DNA of 24,000 nucleotides from Exiguobacterium acetylicum DSM 20416 (GTDB lineage: Bacteria > Bacillota > Bacilli > Exiguobacteriales > Exiguobacteriaceae). The stretch is taken from contig NZ_JNIR01000003.1 of NCBI RefSeq assembly GCF_000702605.1, forward strand, positions 51,523 through 75,522, written 5' to 3'. The notes under the pieces were generated by a model, which was not told where the DNA came from, searched no databases, and saw nothing but the letters and a program-made list of their open reading frames with translations. The position numbers were made by a program, and so were the translations under genes. Below, in pieces: positions 23,928 through 24,000 of the stretch (its first letter is position 1; each line of letters opens with the position of its first letter).

Positions 23928-24000
23928 ATTGATATCCTCTTTTCTGTTTTTCAACTGGTAATACATGCATAAGTGGATTCTTCATTTTCTCTAGTCCATA

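Noticed and set aside
23881-24000. Open frame on the minus strand entering from beyond the window end (...YGLEKMKNPLMHVLPVEKQKRGYQYDNHFTPITPIGNIN, stop at 23881-23883)
   Set aside because: Only 39 codons are visible with no recognisable motif. It overlaps the NRPS start by 47 nt. It is plausible as the end of an upstream cluster gene but cannot be supported as a feature from this window.
1-24000. Search for CRISPR arrays, tRNA/rRNA genes, riboswitch or T-box leaders and long tandem repeats
   Set aside because: I saw no regularly spaced direct repeats, no cloverleaf-like or rRNA-like segments and no recognisable leader structures by eye. The only repeats found are those listed as features.

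Overview
This is mosaic, accessory-looking DNA of Firmicutes/Bacillales type, with sharp GC-content steps. Hand counts of single 60-nt lines give about 35% GC in cadA, 52-65% in the sugar block, about 32% in the 12.3-16.5 kb island and about 38% in the NRPS gene.

Left to right:
1. The right arm of a Tn3-family transposon carries cadC-cadA. It ends in a 38-bp GGGG...TAAG terminal inverted repeat (2710-2747). That repeat has cut a resident GC-rich heavy-metal P1B-ATPase gene, leaving only its 5' third (minus strand, to 3724).
2. A divergent CopD-like membrane protein.
3. A relB/relE-type toxin-antitoxin pair with a tandem-repeat operator.
4. An AT-rich spacer with unusually long hairpins.
5. 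A GC-rich glucomannan/cellobiose-type block in B. subtilis gmuBACDR order (PTS IIB-IIA-IIC, GH1 phospho-beta-glucosidase, GntR regulator). It also has a divergent single ORF fusing mannose-6-P isomerase to a ROK kinase, a consensus cre box and a shared GntR-type operator. Inverted copies of one palindromic element bracket the block.
6. A roughly 4-kb very AT-rich island of unknown function. It holds a small promoter-equipped ORF, a 170-aa acidic protein, an FN3 fragment, a secreted 2xFN3 protein broken at A AAA AAG and a small polytopic membrane protein broken at T TTT TTA.
7. An IS3-family element with a classic orfA/orfB -1 frameshift site.
8. An NprR/RNPP-like HTH-TPR regulator, then convergently a frameshifted EntS-like MFS exporter translationally coupled to a single-module A-T-C NRPS whose cluster runs off the window.

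I saw no rRNA, tRNA or CRISPR array. The best candidates for something undescribed are the AT-rich island and the regulator/NRPS/exporter cluster. All family calls come from motif reading by eye and need HMM/BLAST confirmation.
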